Positions 61,997-64,000 of a stretch of DNA of 64,000 bases are shown piece after piece. The stretch is from Verrucomicrobiota bacterium. GTDB lineage: Bacteria > Verrucomicrobiota > Verrucomicrobiia > Verrucomicrobiales > V1-33. The notes under the pieces are model-generated. The model was not told the DNA's origin and ran no database searches. It saw only the letters and a list, made by a program, of their open reading frames with translations. The position numbers and the translations under genes are program-made. The number at the start of each line of letters is the position of its first letter. Positions within the stretch are counted from its first letter, which is position 1. The stretch covers positions 4,859-68,858 of the forward strand of contig JAZKFB010000053.1 in assembly GCA_040386695.1 (NCBI GenBank). Direction: 5' to 3'.

Positions 61997-63370
61997 ATGC
62001 CTTTCAACAACCTGTCCCGCCGTTCCCTGCTCCGCTCCTCCAGCGCCGGCTTTGGTTATCTCGCCCTCGCCGGATTGCTCGGCCAGGAAAAAGCCCGGGC
62101 CCTGACCGGGGCCGCACAGCCTGCCCCCGGTCCGCTCGCCGCCCGTGACGGCCATTTCAAACCCCGCGCCAAACGCATCATTTTCATCTACATGGAAGGC
62201 GCGATGTCCGGCGTGGACACTTTTGAATACAAACCGGAACTCCAGAAGAACGGCGGCAAAACCGCTCCCGGCGGCGGCACTCTGACGTCCTCCAAATTCG
62301 CCTTCAAACAATACGGCCAGACCGGTTCCTGGTTCTCCGAGCTGCTGCCGAACATCGCCACTCACGCCGACAAATTCTGCTGGCTGCGCGGCCTGCACAC
62401 CGACACCCCCGCCCACCCGCAGGCGGTGGTGCAGCTCCACACCGGCAGCGCCAACGCCGCCCTCACCCGGCCCAGCATGGGATCGTGGATGCTCTACGGC
62501 CTGGGCACGGAAAACCAGGATCTGCCCGGCTACATCACCATTAATCCCTCGCCCAACTTTGGCGGCGCGGTGAACTACGGCAGCTCCTTCCTGCCCGCGC
62601 ATTTCCAGGGCACCCGCATCAATGATCAAGGCTTCCTCCCGAATCTGAAAGCCTCCAGCGCCACCAGCCTCCAGCGGAAACAACTGGACCTCATCCAGTC
62701 CATGAACCACACCCTCGCGGCCTCGCCCGGCGCGCCCGATCCCGTGGACGGCATCATCGCCTCCTACGAACTCGGCTTCCGCATGCAGGACAAAGTGCCG
62801 GAACTCCTCGACATTTCCAAGGAGCCCGAAAAAGTCCGCGAGGCTTACGGCATTAAGGACGGCCCCGGCGGAGCCTTCGCCCGCCAGTGCCTCATGGCCC
62901 GCCGCCTCAGCGAGGCCGGGGTGCGTTTTGTGGAAATCTGCCAGCCAGGCTGGGATCACCATAACAACCTCCACAAAGGCCTCATCGAGCGCACCGGCAA
63001 CGTGGACCAGCCCACCGCCGCTCTGCTGAAGGACCTGGAGGAGCGCGGCCTGCTGGATGAAACCCTCGTCCTCTTCGGCTCCGAGTTCGGACGCCTCCCC
63101 ACCTCCCAGGGCCAGGACGGCCGCGACCACAACATCACCGGCTACTCCATGTTCCTCGCCGGCGCGGGCGTCAAACCCGGCCACACCCACGGCGCCACCG
63201 ACGAATTCGGCATCAAAGCCGTCGATGGCCGCATGCACACCAACGACCTCCACGCCACCCTCCTCGCCATCATGGGCCTCGACCACGAGCGCCTCACCTA
63301 CCGCTACGCCGGCCGGGACTTCCGCCTCACCGACGTCGCCGGCGAGGTGGCCTCGGATATCCTGCTTTAA
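61997..63370 (+). CDS. DUF1501 (sulfatase/phosphatase-fold) protein with Tat-type signal
   Basis: LSRRSLLRSSSAGFGYLALAG, IIFIYMEGAMSGVDTFEYKP, GSEFGRLP, GRDHN, NDLHATLLAIMGLDHERLTYRYAGRDFRLTDV. Confidence 0.9.
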   Translation: MPFNNLSRRSLLRSSSAGFGYLALAGLLGQEKARALTGAAQPAPGPLAARDGHFKPRAKRIIFIYMEGAMSGVDTFEYKPELQKNGGKTAPGGGTLTSSKFAFKQYGQTGSWFSELLPNIATHADKFCWLRGLHTDTPAHPQAVVQLHTGSANAALTRPSMGSWMLYGLGTENQDLPGYITINPSPNFGGAVNYGSSFLPAHFQGTRINDQGFLPNLKASSATSLQRKQLDLIQSMNHTLAASPGAPDPVDGIIASYELGFRMQDKVPELLDISKEPEKVREAYGIKDGPGGAFARQCLMARRLSEAGVRFVEICQPGWDHHNNLHKGLIERTGNVDQPTAALLKDLEERGLLDETLVLFGSEFGRLPTSQGQDGRDHNITGYSMFLAGAGVKPGHTHGATDEFGIKAVDGRMHTNDLHATLLAIMGLDHERLTYRYAGRDFRLTDVAGEVASDILL

Positions 63371-63624
63371 GCAACTCTCCTGGACGGCAGTATTTTTCGG
63401 GCCGCGCCTCGATCCTCTTCCAGTCAGACCGCCCGCCGGTGCCCGCAGCCGTCGCGCCGGGGTTTTAACGCCCCGTGCGGCGGTTGCCGTCGGTGCATTC
63501 CGCCGGCTTCACACGGCGCCTCAATAACTGCGGAATTGGTTCCCGCATTTTCCAGTGTCCCGCCCGCCAGGCCTTCTATTTAAAGGAGTTGCCTTTACCC
63601 GCCTGTTCGATCTACGCTTTTTGA

Positions 63625-64000
63625 ATGAAGATCAAATTATTCGCCTTCTTTACCGCTCTCGGCTGGATCACCTCCTCCTTGAATGCGCGGACGGGGATGG
63701 CAGATACGATTTATAGTGGCGGATCCATCATCACTATCAATGACGCCGCGCCTTTGGCCGAAGCCCTGGCGGTCAAAGATGGAAAAATTCTGGCGGTCGG
63801 AAGCAGGGCGGACGTTCTCAGGACCAGGAGCAGCTCCACCATCCTGATCGATTTGGGCGGCAAAACACTGCTTCCCGGTTTTCTGGATGGCCATAGTCAT
63901 TTCATCAATTCCCTGACGGTGGCCACGCAGGCCAATGTTTATGCCCCGCCGTTCGGCCCGGGCAATACCATTGAAGGCATTGTCGGCGCGCTGCGGAAAC
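63625..64000 (+). CDS. amidohydrolase-family (YtcJ-like metal-dependent hydrolase) protein, 3' end beyond the window
   Basis: Not in the ORF track because it runs off the window. My translation from ATG 63625 is MKIKLFAFFTALGWITSSLNA...IYSGGSIITINDAAPLAEALAVKDGKILAVGSRADVL...LIDLGGKTLLPGFLDGHSHF. This is a typical Amidohydro_3 N-terminus with the HxH metal motif. Confidence 0.7.
   Translation, partial: MKIKLFAFFTALGWITSSLNARTGMADTIYSGGSIITINDAAPLAEALAVKDGKILAVGSRADVLRTRSSSTILIDLGGKTLLPGFLDGHSHFINSLTVATQANVYAPPFGPGNTIEGIVGALRK

Noticed and set aside
63371-63624. GC-rich spacer before the amidohydrolase gene. It contains GGCTTCACA, also present in the MITE-like element (9151-9159), which raised the possibility of a second copy.
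   Set aside because: Only a 9-nt shared string, and neither the AAGAGTGTTCGGCA termini nor the GAGCGCAGCGACA core is present. The evidence is insufficient for a repeat call.

Overview
This is a GC-rich chromosomal segment whose gene content points to a PVC-superphylum bacterium, most likely Verrucomicrobiota. Supporting evidence is three PEP-CTERM proteins, two PSCyt/DUF1549/DUF1553 + DUF1501 gene pairs and a PVC-type heme-binding giant protein. I support about 37 protein genes. Housekeeping blocks are purQ-purM and tgt-yajC-secDF. There are two ABC systems: a gldA/F/G-like + DUF4340 operon and an iron/polyamine-type ATPase-binding protein-permease operon. There are two sensory systems: a 1320-aa hybrid histidine kinase, and a propeller/Y_Y_Y kinase with a NarL-type regulator. 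Secreted lectin/Ig/ConA/LamG-type proteins of about 240-1900 aa are unusually dense. The only mobile DNA seen is a degraded ISL3 transposase relic that carries a nested 358-bp element bounded by terminal inverted repeats (TIR) and a target-site duplication (TSD). I saw no rRNA, tRNA, CRISPR array, prophage or recognisable defence system. The items most worth a second look are listed here.
1. A four-gene secreted-protein operon sits divergent from a two-component system. It encodes a PEP-CTERM protein, an Ig/ConA protein, a 1908-aa ceramidase-like/heme-binding fusion and a CotH kinase.
2. Five unrelated secreted proteins share a C-terminal module of about 60-80 aa ending in [FY][FY][RK][LIV].
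3. Several sequence-distinct families of hairpin-forming short-period repeats fill intergenic spacers, including spacers inside operons.
4. Two outward-facing DUF1553/DUF1501 pairs bracket a lectin island.
5. The tgt gene lacks the canonical CxCxxC zinc motif.
All calls come from reading the sequence and the ORF track by eye. No database search or folding program was run. Product names are therefore motif-based inferences, and start codons are approximate.
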